From Burkholderiales bacterium (GTDB lineage Bacteria > Pseudomonadota > Gammaproteobacteria > Burkholderiales > SG8-41), in the NCBI GenBank assembly GCA_019634975.1, contig JAHCAI010000005.1:113719-177718 (forward strand): DNA of 64,000 nt. The letters are read 5' to 3'. Position 1 is the stretch's first letter. Every line of letters begins with the position of its first letter. Below, one piece after another: positions 16,794 through 27,702 of the stretch. The notes under the pieces are model-generated. The model saw only the letters and a program-made list of their open reading frames with translations. It was not told the origin of the DNA and did no database searches. The translations under genes were made by a program, and so were the position numbers.

Positions 16794-19700
16794 GGCGATT
16801 CCTGCAGCGCCTGCGGCCGCTCGACCCTGGCAACCACCGGGTCGGCCCAGGTGCCCGTGACGTCATACTCGTAGGCGGCAATCTGGTCCAGCGGGTCCCG
16901 CAGCAGCTTCTGGGCGACAAAGGCAGCGAGCCCTGCGATCGGTCCGCCGATCAGCGCACCGGCCACCGACACCGTGTCCGACAGTTGCGGATTGATTTTC
17001 ACGCGCAGCTGCTGCGTCTCCCTGGCCAGATCGACCTGGCCCGACATGTTGATGCGAGCTGCGGGGCCGGTAATGCGCAGGTTATCGGTGCTTGCAATGC
17101 CATTGGCCACCTTGATCGCGCCGACAATCTCGTCAAACGCCAGACCGTCGCTGAAAATGTCGCGGAAGTCGAGCGTGATGCGTCGCGGCAGCGACTGCAG
17201 GCTGAGTATCCCCAGCAGCTTGCCGATGCCCGGCTCGAGCTTCAGGAACTGGCCTTTACCCGCATCGAGCACGAAATTGCCATTGAGTGTCGGGTAATCC
17301 AGTTTCTGCGGGCTGCCCGCCCAGGACAGGTTGCCCTCGAGCTTGGCAATGCCGCGGCGCACACCCTCGGGATAGCCAAACCGCGTCAGCAGGCGGCCGA
17401 TGTCGTTCACATCCAGACGAACATTGACCTGGACCCGCGGGCGCGTGAGCCAGGTCTGCCACAGCCCATCGAGGTTCAACTGGCTCTCCGGCGTGATCAG
17501 CGTCAGCCGCTCGATGCGCCAGTCGCGCTGTTGCGGCACTGCCTGCAGGTCCAGCTTGCCCAGCGACTTGCCCGCGATCAGCAGCTCCTCGACCTGCACG
17601 TCCAGGCCCGGCAGCTCGGGAGCCTTGGCTTCCGTCGCCACGGAGGCCTGCACGGGAGCCGCCGCTGACGCCGGTTCGGCAGCGGGCAGGTTGAGCCGGC
17701 GCAGCCGGGCCGTGAGCCGCCCCTTGCCCTGCGCCCGCCAGCCGAGGCTGCCCTCGATGTCACGGCCGCGGATGCCTGCCTGCAGTTGGCCTGACTGCTG
17801 CGCCGCCTTGATGCCGACATCCGCAAAACGGCGCTCGAAAACCCTCAACTCGTCGATGCGCAGATCGACAGAGGACAGCACGGGCCCGCCCTCCCGCGTG
17901 CCCGCATCCCCAGACAAAGCGAGCCATTCGTTGAAATCCAGCGCCTTGATCACGCCGGACACCGCGATTCCGGGCTGCTGCGGATCCTTCGCGGCGCCGT
18001 CGCCGAAACGCAGGCTGCCGCGTTCGACACGCGCATCCCTGCCCTCGCCGCGCCTGAGCAGGACTGCACTGACAAGATCGCCAGCCACGACCGCGATGCG
18101 CTCCTCGCGCGGTCCGGTGTACCGCCGCTCGATGCGCAGCGGCATCGCCTCCACCGCGGTTTTGGTGAACGGGGCCGGCAGGTTTATCGCGAGCCCCTGC
18201 AGGCTCGACTCGACAAGCAGGTCGACGCGCTTGTTGCGCATGGTCAGCGTGCCGCGCCAGTCGCTGGCCCCACGGACGTGGCGCAGCCATTCAATGCCGC
18301 CCGCACGGCGCGCCGCATCGGCATTGATGCGTCCCTGGAACTGGATGCTCACCGCGGCATCGCGCTGGCTGCCCGCAGTGACACTCAGCGGCCCACCCAG
18401 AAAGGTCGCCGTCGCCGCCGGCACGCGCACGCTGTCCTGCGTGAACTCGATCCGGCCGTTCACCTGCTCCAGGGGCGGGAATCCCGGCTCCGGTTCCAGC
18501 CGGTTGTTGATGAACTGGTAGCTGCCACTGACCCTGCTTTTCTCCAGCGCCTGCAGCGGCAGCTGCAGCTTCAGGCCGAGCCGGCCCTGTCCCTGGGCGC
18601 GCATGCCCTCGGTAAAACCGTTGATCATCGCGTTGACCGGGCTCTGCGCGATGAAATCGAGGAAATCGGCGGTTGCCCCTTCCGCCTCGCCGCCGATGAT
18701 CAGTTGCTCTTCGTGGTGGAGCAGGTCCGGAATCTGCGCCCGAACCTTGGCGAGGCGCACATTGCCGATCCTGGCTTCGCGCGCGTTGACTTCCAGGCGG
18801 GCGCCGCGAAACAGGAAATCTCCCTCGATGTCGCTGATCCGCGGCCAGCTTTCCCCGTAATGCAGTGCCCCGCCGTTGACCTTGGCCGCAACCTCGAACA
18901 GGCCGTTGCGCTCGTCGGCAAAGGGGAAATGGCGCAGGTCCCCCTTGAGCCGGAAACGCACATCAGCGGAGCTGCCGGCCGTGAAGGCGCGATCCAGCCA
19001 GCCGCGCGAATTCTTGGCCACCGTCAGCGGCAGGTATGCAGTGACCCGCGGCGCGAGACCACGGCTGAGGTGGCCCGTCAGGTCAGCGACACCCGGACCA
19101 TCCGCCGCGGTCCGGTAAGTACCGAACAGGGTTCCCGCGAGGTCGGCATTGGCGTAGGCGAAGTTGCTGAACCGAAGCTCCGTGCCGCCGGCGGTCTGCG
19201 ACCACCCGAGCTGGCCGGAAAGGGTGTCGAACCGCAGGCGCTCGCGGAAGAGCTGCGGCATCTCCAGCACGGCCTTCTGGGTCGTCACGTGCAGCGTGCC
19301 GCCCTTTTCGTTGCCGTCGATGTTGCCGCTGAATCCGGAAAAACCGGGAATCGCTCCCTGCCGGCGCAGCGACAGTTCGTGAAAGCGTCCGCGCAGCGCA
19401 TAACTCGCGGGCCTGGGCCAGGCGCCGTCCCAGCGCAGGGACAGGTCATACAGCGCTCCCGAGGGCGCATAGGCCGCGAATGACTTGCGCAGCTCCGGAT
19501 CGAGCGGGAGACGGTCAGCCAGCTGCAGCAGCGGCGCGAGCTCCAGCGCATTGGCCTGCAGCTCTCCCCGCGCATAACCGGACGCCCCGGATCCTCCCAG
19601 CTTGAGTGTGAGATCAACCGCGGGCAGCACCAGTCCATCGCCGGTGGTAAATGCCAGCTTGCGGGTGCCTATCTCCACGCCTTCCGTGCTGCGCCTCCAC

Positions 19701-20635
19701 GAAAAGCGTCCGCCCAGCTCGCGCATCTCGAGCTCCGGCAGGCTGTTGCCGAGACGGGTCCTGACCTCGCGCAGCCGGGTATCGGCGATGACTCCCTGCA
19801 GCTCGCTGTCGCCGAAGCTGAGCCAGGCCCGCAGCGCACCCCGGCCCTGGGGGAACTGCACCGGAAAATCAATCCACTGGCGCCAGGCCGCGATGTCGAC
19901 ATGGTCGACCTGCACGAACAGCTGGCCATTCTGCAGCGCGGCTAGCGACTTGAAATCCCTGCCCCTGAAATCGGCGCGGACATCCAGCGGCGACGCGAGC
20001 GCGGCCGGCGGCACGGCGCGCAGGCCGACACGATGGCGGCGGCCGCTATTGACAATGCGGAGCTGCAGCTGGTCGAGCTGCAGCTCCGGCGCAGCACGCA
20101 TCTCGTCATTCCAGATCAGCCGCGCATCGTGAATGCCGATGTCGCGCTGCGACAGTAACCAGCGCGAAAAACCGCCGCCGTGGCCAGCCTCGAGATCCAT
20201 CGGTATGCCCGCCACGGTGACGCCGCCCTTGCTGTCGCGGCGCACCGTCAATGCAGGCCGGTATATGTCCAGCGAATGAAAATCCACCTGCAGGCGCAGC
20301 GCAGACCGCCATGACATGGTGGCATCGACCTGCGGCAGCTCGAGGGCCGGACGCCCCTCGGCATCATGCACCACGACCTGCGACAGGCCGAGCTGGGGAC
20401 GCAGGCCGTCCCAGTTCGCTGAAATGCCGCCGATGCCGATGCGCTGCCCGGTCGCATCACTGAGCACGCGCGCTATCGATTCCCGGTAACTGGAAATATC
20501 GGGCAATATCCAGTAACGCAGGACCAGCACCGTCGCGCCGAAAAGCAGGCCCGCCGCAAGCACGGCCCAGGTCAGCACCCGGTAAATCAGCAGTGAGCTG
20601 CTGCGGATCCATTTGCGGGCTGCTGCGAGCGCCAT
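16790..20635 (-). CDS. yhdP: YhdP family (AsmA-like, DUF3971) envelope protein
   Basis: 1281 aa with a single N-terminal TM segment. Size and the N-terminus (ISANWDGLRPQLGL...) fit YhdP-type proteins. It is divergent from glnE, as in many betaproteobacteria. Confidence 0.85.
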   Translation of the reverse strand: MALAAARKWIRSSSLLIYRVLTWAVLAAGLLFGATVLVLRYWILPDISSYRESIARVLSDATGQRIGIGGISANWDGLRPQLGLSQVVVHDAEGRPALELPQVDATMSWRSALRLQVDFHSLDIYRPALTVRRDSKGGVTVAGIPMDLEAGHGGGFSRWLLSQRDIGIHDARLIWNDEMRAAPELQLDQLQLRIVNSGRRHRVGLRAVPPAALASPLDVRADFRGRDFKSLAALQNGQLFVQVDHVDIAAWRQWIDFPVQFPQGRGALRAWLSFGDSELQGVIADTRLREVRTRLGNSLPELEMRELGGRFSWRRSTEGVEIGTRKLAFTTGDGLVLPAVDLTLKLGGSGASGYARGELQANALELAPLLQLADRLPLDPELRKSFAAYAPSGALYDLSLRWDGAWPRPASYALRGRFHELSLRRQGAIPGFSGFSGNIDGNEKGGTLHVTTQKAVLEMPQLFRERLRFDTLSGQLGWSQTAGGTELRFSNFAYANADLAGTLFGTYRTAADGPGVADLTGHLSRGLAPRVTAYLPLTVAKNSRGWLDRAFTAGSSADVRFRLKGDLRHFPFADERNGLFEVAAKVNGGALHYGESWPRISDIEGDFLFRGARLEVNAREARIGNVRLAKVRAQIPDLLHHEEQLIIGGEAEGATADFLDFIAQSPVNAMINGFTEGMRAQGQGRLGLKLQLPLQALEKSRVSGSYQFINNRLEPEPGFPPLEQVNGRIEFTQDSVRVPAATATFLGGPLSVTAGSQRDAAVSIQFQGRINADAARRAGGIEWLRHVRGASDWRGTLTMRNKRVDLLVESSLQGLAINLPAPFTKTAVEAMPLRIERRYTGPREERIAVVAGDLVSAVLLRRGEGRDARVERGSLRFGDGAAKDPQQPGIAVSGVIKALDFNEWLALSGDAGTREGGPVLSSVDLRIDELRVFERRFADVGIKAAQQSGQLQAGIRGRDIEGSLGWRAQGKGRLTARLRRLNLPAAEPASAAAPVQASVATEAKAPELPGLDVQVEELLIAGKSLGKLDLQAVPQQRDWRIERLTLITPESQLNLDGLWQTWLTRPRVQVNVRLDVNDIGRLLTRFGYPEGVRRGIAKLEGNLSWAGSPQKLDYPTLNGNFVLDAGKGQFLKLEPGIGKLLGILSLQSLPRRITLDFRDIFSDGLAFDEIVGAIKVANGIASTDNLRITGPAARINMSGQVDLARETQQLRVKINPQLSDTVSVAGALIGGPIAGLAAFVAQKLLRDPLDQIAAYEYDVTGTWADPVVARVERPQALQESP

Positions 20636-20713
20636 GTCGGGCCTAAAAAATATAAAATGCGAATGTGAAACAAGGGCTTAGCCATTCTAACGCGAAACCC
20701 GCGGGGACCGGTC

Positions 20714-23464
20714 ATGGAATCCGGTGAAAGCATCAGCCTGCCTGACGCCGGCGATGCCATCACCAGGGCCGCCCGTTACAGCCGCTACCTGCAGCGGCTG
20801 CTCGCGGCGGATCCCGGAGTACTTTCGACGCCCGAACTGGCTCAAGCGTTCACTGCCGGCGACATGCAGGCGGAACTCGACCGCGCCGGCATCCGGGACG
20901 ACCGCAGCCTCGGCCGCGCCCTGCGGCGGCTGCGCCAGCGGACCCTCGCACGCCTGATCGCGCGCGACCTCGGCGGCCTCGCCGATCTCGCCGAAGTGGT
21001 GACCACCGTCACCGCGCTCGCCGAAACGGCCATCCGCAGGGCTGTAGCCCAGCTCCACCAGGACCTCGCTGCCGTCCATGGCGAGCCGCGCAGCGCGACG
21101 GCCGGCGCGCCCCAGCAGCTGCACGTCGTCGGCATGGGCAAGCTCGGCGGCGCTGAGCTCAATGCGTCGTCGGACATCGACCTGGTGCTGGTCTACCCGG
21201 AGGAAGGCGACACGGACGGCGGCCGTCCGCTGAGCAACCACGAGTTCTTCACCCGGCTGGCACGCCGCCTGATCGGCGCCCTCAGCGAGTGGACCGAGGA
21301 CGGCTTCGTGTTCCGGGTCGATACCCGGCTGCGGCCATACGGCGACAGCGGCCCGCTGGTGGTCAGCTTCGACATGCTCGAGAACTACCTGATCACCCAG
21401 GGCCGGGCATGGGAGCGTTACGCCTGGATCAAGGGCAGGCCACTGACCGGCGACCAGCAGGATGCGCTGCTCGCGCTGGTGCGCCCCTTCGTCTACCGCC
21501 GCCATCTCGATTACGCCGCCTTCGCCTCCATGCGCAGCCTGCACAGCCAGGTCCGCCATGAGGTAAACCGCCGTGATCGCCAGGACAACATCAAGCTCGG
21601 ACCGGGCGGCATCCGCGAAATCGAATTCATCGCCCAGGTCTTCCAGCTGATCCGTGGCGGGCACGAACGCGCGCTGCAGCAGCAGTCCACGCTGCCGGTA
21701 CTGGCGGTGCTGGGAGAGCGCGGTTTCGTGACCGCGGAGGCCGTTGCCGAGCTGTCCGCGGCCTATGTGTTCCTGCGCAACCTGGAGCATCGACTGCAGT
21801 ACCGCGACGACCAGCAGACCCAGGATCTCCCCCGGCAGGACGAGGAACGCGCGCTGCTCGCCGCGAGCATGGGTTTCCCCGGCACGGACGAGTTCCTCGC
21901 CGAGCTTGCACGGCATCGCGCCGCCGTGACACGACATTTCGGGGCGATTTTTGCCGAGAGCGACAGCGGCGACGAACATCCCCTCTCCGCGCTGTGGCAG
22001 GAGCAGCCGGAAGGCGGCGAAGCGGACGAGGCCGCCGTGGAGCAGCTGTCCGGGCTGGGCTTCGCACGGGGAGAAGAACTCGCACGGCAGCTCGCCCTGT
22101 TCCGCAACGGCAGCCGCTACCGCCAGATGCCGGCCGCCAGCCAGCGCCGGCTTGACCGACTGGTGCCGGCGGCGATCGCCGCTGCCGCCTCGAGGCGCAA
22201 CCCGGACGACACCGCCGGGCGCCTGCTGGCCCTGTTCGAGAGCATCAGCCGGCGCGAGGCCTATCTCGCATTGCTGCATGAGTATCCGCATGCGCTCGAC
22301 CGCGTCGCCGATCTGATGAGCGCAAGCCCCTGGGTCGCCGAGTACATCACCCGCCATCCGATCCTGCTCGACGAACTGCTCGATGTCCGCACGCTGCTTG
22401 CGGCCCCGGACTGGGACATGCTGCGGGCAATGCTGCGCGAGGGACTGGACGCCGCCGCAGGCGACATCGAAAGACAGATGGACCTGCTGCGGCATTTCAA
22501 GAACACCCAGACCCTGCATTTCATCGCCCAGGACCTCGCCGGACAGCTGCCGCTGGAAACCCTCAGCGACCATCTCTCCGATCTTGCCGGCGTGATACTC
22601 GATGCCGTGCTGCGCCTGTCATGGCAGGGCCTGCGCCAGCGTCACCGCGAGGAGCCCCTGTTCGCGATCGTCGGCTACGGGAAGCTCGGCGGCAAGGAGC
22701 TCGGTTACGCCTCGGACCTCGACATCGTGTTCGTGTATGACGATCCCGCACCTGAAGCCGCGGAAAACTACGCCCGTCTCGCCCAGCGCATCAACTACTG
22801 GCTGACCAGCACCACCGCTGCCGGGGTGCTCTACGAAACCGACCTCAGGCTGCGCCCGGATGGCGCCAGCGGGCTGCTGGTCACGCCGCTCGACAGCCTG
22901 CGCCGCTACCAGCTCGAGCAGGCCTGGCTGTGGGAACACCAGGCGCTGACCCGGGCCCGCAGCGTGGCCGGCGACTCCGGGATCAGCAGGAACTTCGAGG
23001 ACCTGCGCATCAGCGTGCTGCGCCAGCAGCGGGAGCCGGGCGGGCTGAGGGAAGGGATTGTCGAAATGCGCCGCAAGATGCTCGATGCACACCCCAATTC
23101 CAGCGGCCTGTTCGACCTCAAGCACGACCCCGGCGGCATCATTGACGTCGAGTTCATGGTGCAGTACCTGGTGCTGGGACATGCCCATGTACATCCCGAA
23201 CTCGCCGCCAACTCCGGAAATCTGGCGCTGCTGAAGGCGGCGGGCAGCCTGGGTCTTGTTGCCACGGACGAGGCCGAGGCTGTGCGTGACGCCTATCGCC
23301 AGTTCCGCAAGCTGCAGCATCAGCTGCGGCTGGCCGGCGAGCGTTACGCCCGGGTCGAACCCGCAACAGTCGAAGCGGCGGCGACGGCCGTCAAGGTCTT
23401 GTGGCGGAGGCTGTTCGGAGCGGCCGGGAATCTGCCCGGCAAGATGTCCGGAGTCAGACAGTGA
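20714..23464 (+). CDS. glnE: bifunctional glutamine synthetase adenylyltransferase/adenylyl-removing enzyme
   Basis: 916 aa with two nucleotidyltransferase modules (GMGKLGGAELNASSDIDLV and GYGKLGGKELGYASDLDIVF). Confidence 0.95.
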   Translation: MESGESISLPDAGDAITRAARYSRYLQRLLAADPGVLSTPELAQAFTAGDMQAELDRAGIRDDRSLGRALRRLRQRTLARLIARDLGGLADLAEVVTTVTALAETAIRRAVAQLHQDLAAVHGEPRSATAGAPQQLHVVGMGKLGGAELNASSDIDLVLVYPEEGDTDGGRPLSNHEFFTRLARRLIGALSEWTEDGFVFRVDTRLRPYGDSGPLVVSFDMLENYLITQGRAWERYAWIKGRPLTGDQQDALLALVRPFVYRRHLDYAAFASMRSLHSQVRHEVNRRDRQDNIKLGPGGIREIEFIAQVFQLIRGGHERALQQQSTLPVLAVLGERGFVTAEAVAELSAAYVFLRNLEHRLQYRDDQQTQDLPRQDEERALLAASMGFPGTDEFLAELARHRAAVTRHFGAIFAESDSGDEHPLSALWQEQPEGGEADEAAVEQLSGLGFARGEELARQLALFRNGSRYRQMPAASQRRLDRLVPAAIAAAASRRNPDDTAGRLLALFESISRREAYLALLHEYPHALDRVADLMSASPWVAEYITRHPILLDELLDVRTLLAAPDWDMLRAMLREGLDAAAGDIERQMDLLRHFKNTQTLHFIAQDLAGQLPLETLSDHLSDLAGVILDAVLRLSWQGLRQRHREEPLFAIVGYGKLGGKELGYASDLDIVFVYDDPAPEAAENYARLAQRINYWLTSTTAAGVLYETDLRLRPDGASGLLVTPLDSLRRYQLEQAWLWEHQALTRARSVAGDSGISRNFEDLRISVLRQQREPGGLREGIVEMRRKMLDAHPNSSGLFDLKHDPGGIIDVEFMVQYLVLGHAHVHPELAANSGNLALLKAAGSLGLVATDEAEAVRDAYRQFRKLQHQLRLAGERYARVEPATVEAAATAVKVLWRRLFGAAGNLPGKMSGVRQ

Positions 23465-24761
23465 CGTCGCGCAGGTGCGGTGCGACGTCTATCAGGCGGT
23501 ACACCTCGATCACGCCCTTGCCTTTGCCGGTGATCTGGATCGGCCCTTCGTACTCGAACTGGGTGCGTGAACGGCGGTAGGTCATGACGTCGACGTAAAT
23601 GACGCCGGACTTGGCCTCGCCGGTCACCCGGCTCGCGGTGTTCACGGTGTCACCCCACATGTCGTAAATGAACTTGCGGGTGCCGATCACGCCGGCGACC
23701 ACGGGGCCGGTGCAGATGCCGATGTGGATGCTCAGGCTCATGCCCTTTTTCTCGGACAGTGCCTGCATGTACTGGCGCATTTCCAGCGCCAGCCTGAGCA
23801 TGGCCGACGTGTAATCGCGCGCATCCACCGCGAAATCGACGCCCTCGTGCTCGAGCAGCCCCCCGGCGACCATGTAGGCATCGCCGATGGTCTTGATCTT
23901 CTCCAGCCGGTGCGCATCGGCCATGGCATCGAACTTCGAGAACACCTCGTTCAGCAGTTCGACCATCGCCTTCGGCGGCACCTCCTCGGCGAGCCGCGTG
24001 AAATCGATGATGTCGGCAAACATGACGGTGACGTCCGCAAAGCCGTCGGCAATGATGCCCTGTTGCTCCTTCAGCCTCCGCGCAATGGGCGCCGGGAGGA
24101 TGTTCAGGAGCAGCGACTCGGACTTGTCCTGCTCGATGCGCAGCAGCCGGTTCTGCTCGGTGACATCCGCCGCAAGCTTGTCGCGCTGGCGCACGAAAAA
24201 GCTGATCAGCAGGTACATGATGGTCGACATCGCGGCAAAATTCAGGGTGAAGAACACCGCGATGCTCTGCATGGTGACCCCCTGCTCGACACCAAAAGTC
24301 AGCCAGTAGTCGAAAAAACCGGACACCGCGGTCAGCACGATGTAGGCGGCAAACCACGGCAGCGACTGCCGGGCGCCCTGGAAGATCATCACGCCGACCG
24401 GGGCCAGCAACGCCCACAGCGCGACACCGGAGGAACTGACGTAGCTGCCGATGCTCCACTGCATGATGAAGGGCATGAACAGGAACAGGCTGACCTGCAG
24501 CGTCCGGAATACCGCGAAATTCAGCGTGTAGACATAGTACGCGAGTGAAGCGGCGGAGACGGCCAGATACGACAAGGGCACCGTGGACGAAAACTTGATG
24601 CCCATCGCCCAGTATAGCGCCAGCCAGAGCACGGAGCCGAAGCCCATCAGGCCGCAGGCAAAGATCAGCAGCGTCTTGTTGAGCTTTTCCTGCTCGCTGT
24701 CCTGCTCGGTGATGACGCGCTCGCTCAGGCCGTTGAGCCAGGCGCGCAGCCGTGTCAGCAT
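23454..24761 (-). CDS. membrane-anchored class III adenylate/guanylate cyclase
   Basis: ATG at 24761 is preceded by GGAGA. About six TM helices are followed by a cyclase domain (VTVMFADIIDFT...KTIGDAYMVAGG...WGDTVNTASR). The ORF-track extension to 24950 was not used. Confidence 0.9.
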   Translation of the reverse strand: MLTRLRAWLNGLSERVITEQDSEQEKLNKTLLIFACGLMGFGSVLWLALYWAMGIKFSSTVPLSYLAVSAASLAYYVYTLNFAVFRTLQVSLFLFMPFIMQWSIGSYVSSSGVALWALLAPVGVMIFQGARQSLPWFAAYIVLTAVSGFFDYWLTFGVEQGVTMQSIAVFFTLNFAAMSTIMYLLISFFVRQRDKLAADVTEQNRLLRIEQDKSESLLLNILPAPIARRLKEQQGIIADGFADVTVMFADIIDFTRLAEEVPPKAMVELLNEVFSKFDAMADAHRLEKIKTIGDAYMVAGGLLEHEGVDFAVDARDYTSAMLRLALEMRQYMQALSEKKGMSLSIHIGICTGPVVAGVIGTRKFIYDMWGDTVNTASRVTGEAKSGVIYVDVMTYRRSRTQFEYEGPIQITGKGKGVIEVYRLIDVAPHLRDVTV

Positions 24762-25062
24762 CTTTTCTCCCGATGGTCCCGCCGGAATCCGGCCGGGCCA
24801 ACCCCCTTTTTGCTCCGAAGTCTTATTGTAGCCGGTAACCGCCGGCGCCCGTACCTCTTCGATACGATCTCGCACAGCCCCGAGCGGGCATCGGCAGCCC
24901 ATGTCAAATCGGCTAGAATGTGCGCCCGGCCGCCGGTGAAATTCGGTCATCGCCGTACCGGACCGCGAAGTGCCCGGGAATGGCCCAATCGTTAACCGCC
25001 GAATTCCGGGTGATAAATGGGTTTTTTTGCTTCATTTTTGACACTAATCGGAGAACTACGGC

Positions 25063-25989
25063 ATGTCCATGGCTGATCGCGACGGGCAAATCTGGTACGA
25101 CGGGAAGCTGGTGCCCTGGCGCGACGCGACCACCCACGTCCTGACCCATTCCCTGCACTACGGCCTGGCGGTTTTCGAAGGGGTGCGCGCCTACAACACC
25201 GGCATCGGCACTGCGATCTTCCGGCTGAAGGAGCATACCGACCGGCTGTTCAACTCCGCGCACATCTACATGATGAAAATCCCGTACACGCGGGAAGTCT
25301 TGATGGAAGCGCAGAAAGAGGTTGTCCGCGCCAACAAGCTTGAATCCTGTTACATCCGGCCGATCGCCTTCTACGGCTCCGAGAAAATGGGCGTGTCTCC
25401 CAAGGGCGCCAGCGTGCACGTGGCCATCGCTGCCTGGCCCTGGGGCGCCTACCTCGGCGCCGAGGCGCTCGAAAAGGGCATCCGCGTCAAAACCTCCTCC
25501 CATGCCCGCCACCACGTCAATGTTTCGATGTGCCGCGCCAAGTATTCCGGCACCTATGCCAACTCGATTCTTGCCAACCTGGAGGCCACCGAGCACGGCT
25601 ACGACGAAGGCCTGCTGCTCGACGTTGACGGCTTCGTCGCCGAGGGCTCGGGGGAAAACCTGTTCATCGTCAAGGACGGGAAACTCTACGAGCCCGAGCT
25701 GACCAGCGCGCTGATCGGCATCACCCGCGACTCGATCATCACTCTCGCGCGCGAAATGGGCTACGAGGTATCCGCACGCCGCATCACCCGCGACGACCTC
25801 TACATCGCCGACGAGGCCTTCTTCACCGGCACTGCGGCGGAAGTGACGCCGATACGCGAAGTCGACGGCCGCACCATCGGCGAAGGACGGCGCGGGCCGG
25901 TCACCGAACGCCTGCAGAGGAAGTTCTTCGACTGCGTGAATGCCAGGACCACCGAACACCGCGACTGGCTGTCCCCGGTTGCAGTCTGA
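25063..25989 (+). CDS. ilvE: branched-chain amino acid aminotransferase
   Basis: 308 aa. Motifs: WYDGKLVPW, HSLHYGLAVFEGVRAY, EGSGENLF, GITRDSII. Confidence 0.95.
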   Translation: MSMADRDGQIWYDGKLVPWRDATTHVLTHSLHYGLAVFEGVRAYNTGIGTAIFRLKEHTDRLFNSAHIYMMKIPYTREVLMEAQKEVVRANKLESCYIRPIAFYGSEKMGVSPKGASVHVAIAAWPWGAYLGAEALEKGIRVKTSSHARHHVNVSMCRAKYSGTYANSILANLEATEHGYDEGLLLDVDGFVAEGSGENLFIVKDGKLYEPELTSALIGITRDSIITLAREMGYEVSARRITRDDLYIADEAFFTGTAAEVTPIREVDGRTIGEGRRGPVTERLQRKFFDCVNARTTEHRDWLSPVAV

Positions 25990-25996
25990 AGCCGCC

Positions 25997-26200
25997 ATGA
26001 CCCAGCCCGCCGAAAACAAGTCGCGCCAGATCGAAATCACGGCTGCCGACCTGCCGCTGCACTGCCCGACACCCGCGATGATGCTGTGGAATGCACACCC
26101 CCGCGTGTTTCTGCCGGTGGAAAAAACCGGCGAAGCGCTCTGCCCCTATTGCGGCACCCGCTACATCCTCAAGGGCGGCGCCGTGGTCGGTCACCACTGA
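25997..26200 (+). CDS. zinc-finger (CHCC-type) small protein
   Basis: 67 aa from MTQPAENK. LHCPTP...HPRVFLP...CPYCGTRYILKGG resembles the zf-CHCC / NDUFS6-like fold. Confidence 0.65.
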   Translation: MTQPAENKSRQIEITAADLPLHCPTPAMMLWNAHPRVFLPVEKTGEALCPYCGTRYILKGGAVVGHH

Positions 26201-26231
26201 ACGCGGGCATCCTGCAGGGTCGCCGCCGGCA

Positions 26232-27245
26232 ATGAACATTCTCGTCGTCGGTCCGTCATGGGTCGGCGACACCATACTGTCCCAGCCGCTGCTGCGCCTG
26301 CTGCTGCAGCAGCACCCCGGCGCGCAGATCGACTACCTCGCGCCGCCGTGGACGCTGCCCCTGCTTGCCCGCATGCCCGAAGTGCGACAGGGCATTCTCA
26401 ACCCCTTCGGCCACGGCGCATTGCGCATCGCCGAGCGCCGCCGCCTCGGGCTCGCCTTGCGGGCTGCCCGCTACGACCTTGCGGTGGTGCTGCCCAATTC
26501 CTGGAAGTCGGCGCTGATTCCCTGGTTCGCCGGCATCCCGCAGCGCCGCGGATTCCGTGGCGAAGCGCGCTGGGTTCTGCTCAACGACCTGCGCCGGCTC
26601 GACGGGCAGGCGCTGCCGCAGATGGTCCAGCGCTTCGCCGCGCTGGGCCTGCCGCCGGGCAGCCGGCTGCCCGATCCTTTGCCGTTACCCGCACTGCAAT
26701 CCACGGCGGCCGGCCGCGAGGCCCTGCTGGCGCGGCTCGGCCTCAACCCGCAGCGACCGGCGGTGGCCTTCTGCCCCGGCGCGGAATACGGTCCGGCCAA
26801 ACGCTGGCCGGAAGCGCATTTCGCCGCACTGGCCAGGATGCTCGCCGCACGCGGCTTCGCCGTCTGGCTGGTGGGCTCCCCGAAAGACCATCCGGTCGCC
26901 GAAACCATCCGGCAGCAGGCCGGAGACGCCTGCATCAACCTCTGCGGCTGCACCGACATCGCCGAGGCCGCCGACCTGCTTGCCGAGAGCCGGCTGGTGG
27001 TCAGCAACGATTCCGGACTGATGCATGTCGCGGCAGCTGTCGGCCGCCCGCTGATTGCCCTGTACGGCTCCAGTTCGCCCCGCTTCACGCCGCCGCTGAG
27101 CGGGGACGCGCGCATCCTGTCACTGGGCCTCGGCTGCAGCCCCTGCTTCAAGCGCAGCTGCCCGCTGGGGCACCTGCGCTGCCTGAATGACATCCTCCCG
27201 GAGCGCGTCCTCGCCGAGATCGACTTTGCTAGAATCGGCGCCTGA
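26232..27245 (+). CDS. waaF: ADP-heptose--LPS heptosyltransferase II
   Basis: The start MNILVVGPSWVGDTILSQPLL is the canonical WaaF N-terminus. Also present: PGAEYGPAKRWP and VSNDSGLMHVAAAVGRPLIALYGSSSP. Confidence 0.9.
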   Translation: MNILVVGPSWVGDTILSQPLLRLLLQQHPGAQIDYLAPPWTLPLLARMPEVRQGILNPFGHGALRIAERRRLGLALRAARYDLAVVLPNSWKSALIPWFAGIPQRRGFRGEARWVLLNDLRRLDGQALPQMVQRFAALGLPPGSRLPDPLPLPALQSTAAGREALLARLGLNPQRPAVAFCPGAEYGPAKRWPEAHFAALARMLAARGFAVWLVGSPKDHPVAETIRQQAGDACINLCGCTDIAEAADLLAESRLVVSNDSGLMHVAAAVGRPLIALYGSSSPRFTPPLSGDARILSLGLGCSPCFKRSCPLGHLRCLNDILPERVLAEIDFARIGA

Positions 27246-27264
27246 TTCGCGCAGGAGCACTGCC

Positions 27265-27702
27265 GTGAAAAAAACGCTGTTCGCCACACCGCAGGATGCC
27301 GAAGCCGCTTTCTACGAAGCCTTCGTCAAGCGCGACCTGGAAGCAATGATGGAGGTCTGGTCGGACGAGGACGACAGCTACTGCGTCCATCCCGGCGGCG
27401 CACGGATCAGCGGCGTCGAAAACATCCGCGAATCCTGGCGCGGGATTTTTGCCGCCGGCCAGGAACTGCGGTTCAGCCTGCGCGACAGCCAGCACATTCA
27501 CACGATGATGCTCGCGGTGCACAGCGTCTACGAGCACATCACCGTCTCCGGCCAGTCGCGCACGCCGCAGCCGATGATTGCGACCAACATCTACCAGCGC
27601 ACCGAACGCGGCTGGCGCATGGTCGCGCACCATGCCGCGGCGGCCCCGGCCTCGGTGCGCAGCGCCGGCAGCCCCGAACCGGCCACCAAGACCCTGCATT
27701 AG
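27265..27702 (+). CDS. SnoaL-like / DUF4440 (NTF2 fold) protein
   Basis: GTG at 27265 is preceded by GCAGGAG. 145 aa. AFYEAFVKRDLEAMMEVWSDEDDSYCVHPGG is typical of NTF2-like proteins. Confidence 0.65.
   Translation: MKKTLFATPQDAEAAFYEAFVKRDLEAMMEVWSDEDDSYCVHPGGARISGVENIRESWRGIFAAGQELRFSLRDSQHIHTMMLAVHSVYEHITVSGQSRTPQPMIATNIYQRTERGWRMVAHHAAAAPASVRSAGSPEPATKTLH

Noticed and set aside
24762-25062. The 301-nt divergent region between the cyclase and ilvE, including a weak hairpin followed by gggttttttt (about 24983-25027), as a possible leader or attenuator for ilvE.
   Set aside because: The stem has mismatches, I found no leader peptide rich in branched-chain codons, and I recognised no known RNA family. 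The evidence is too weak to report as a feature.
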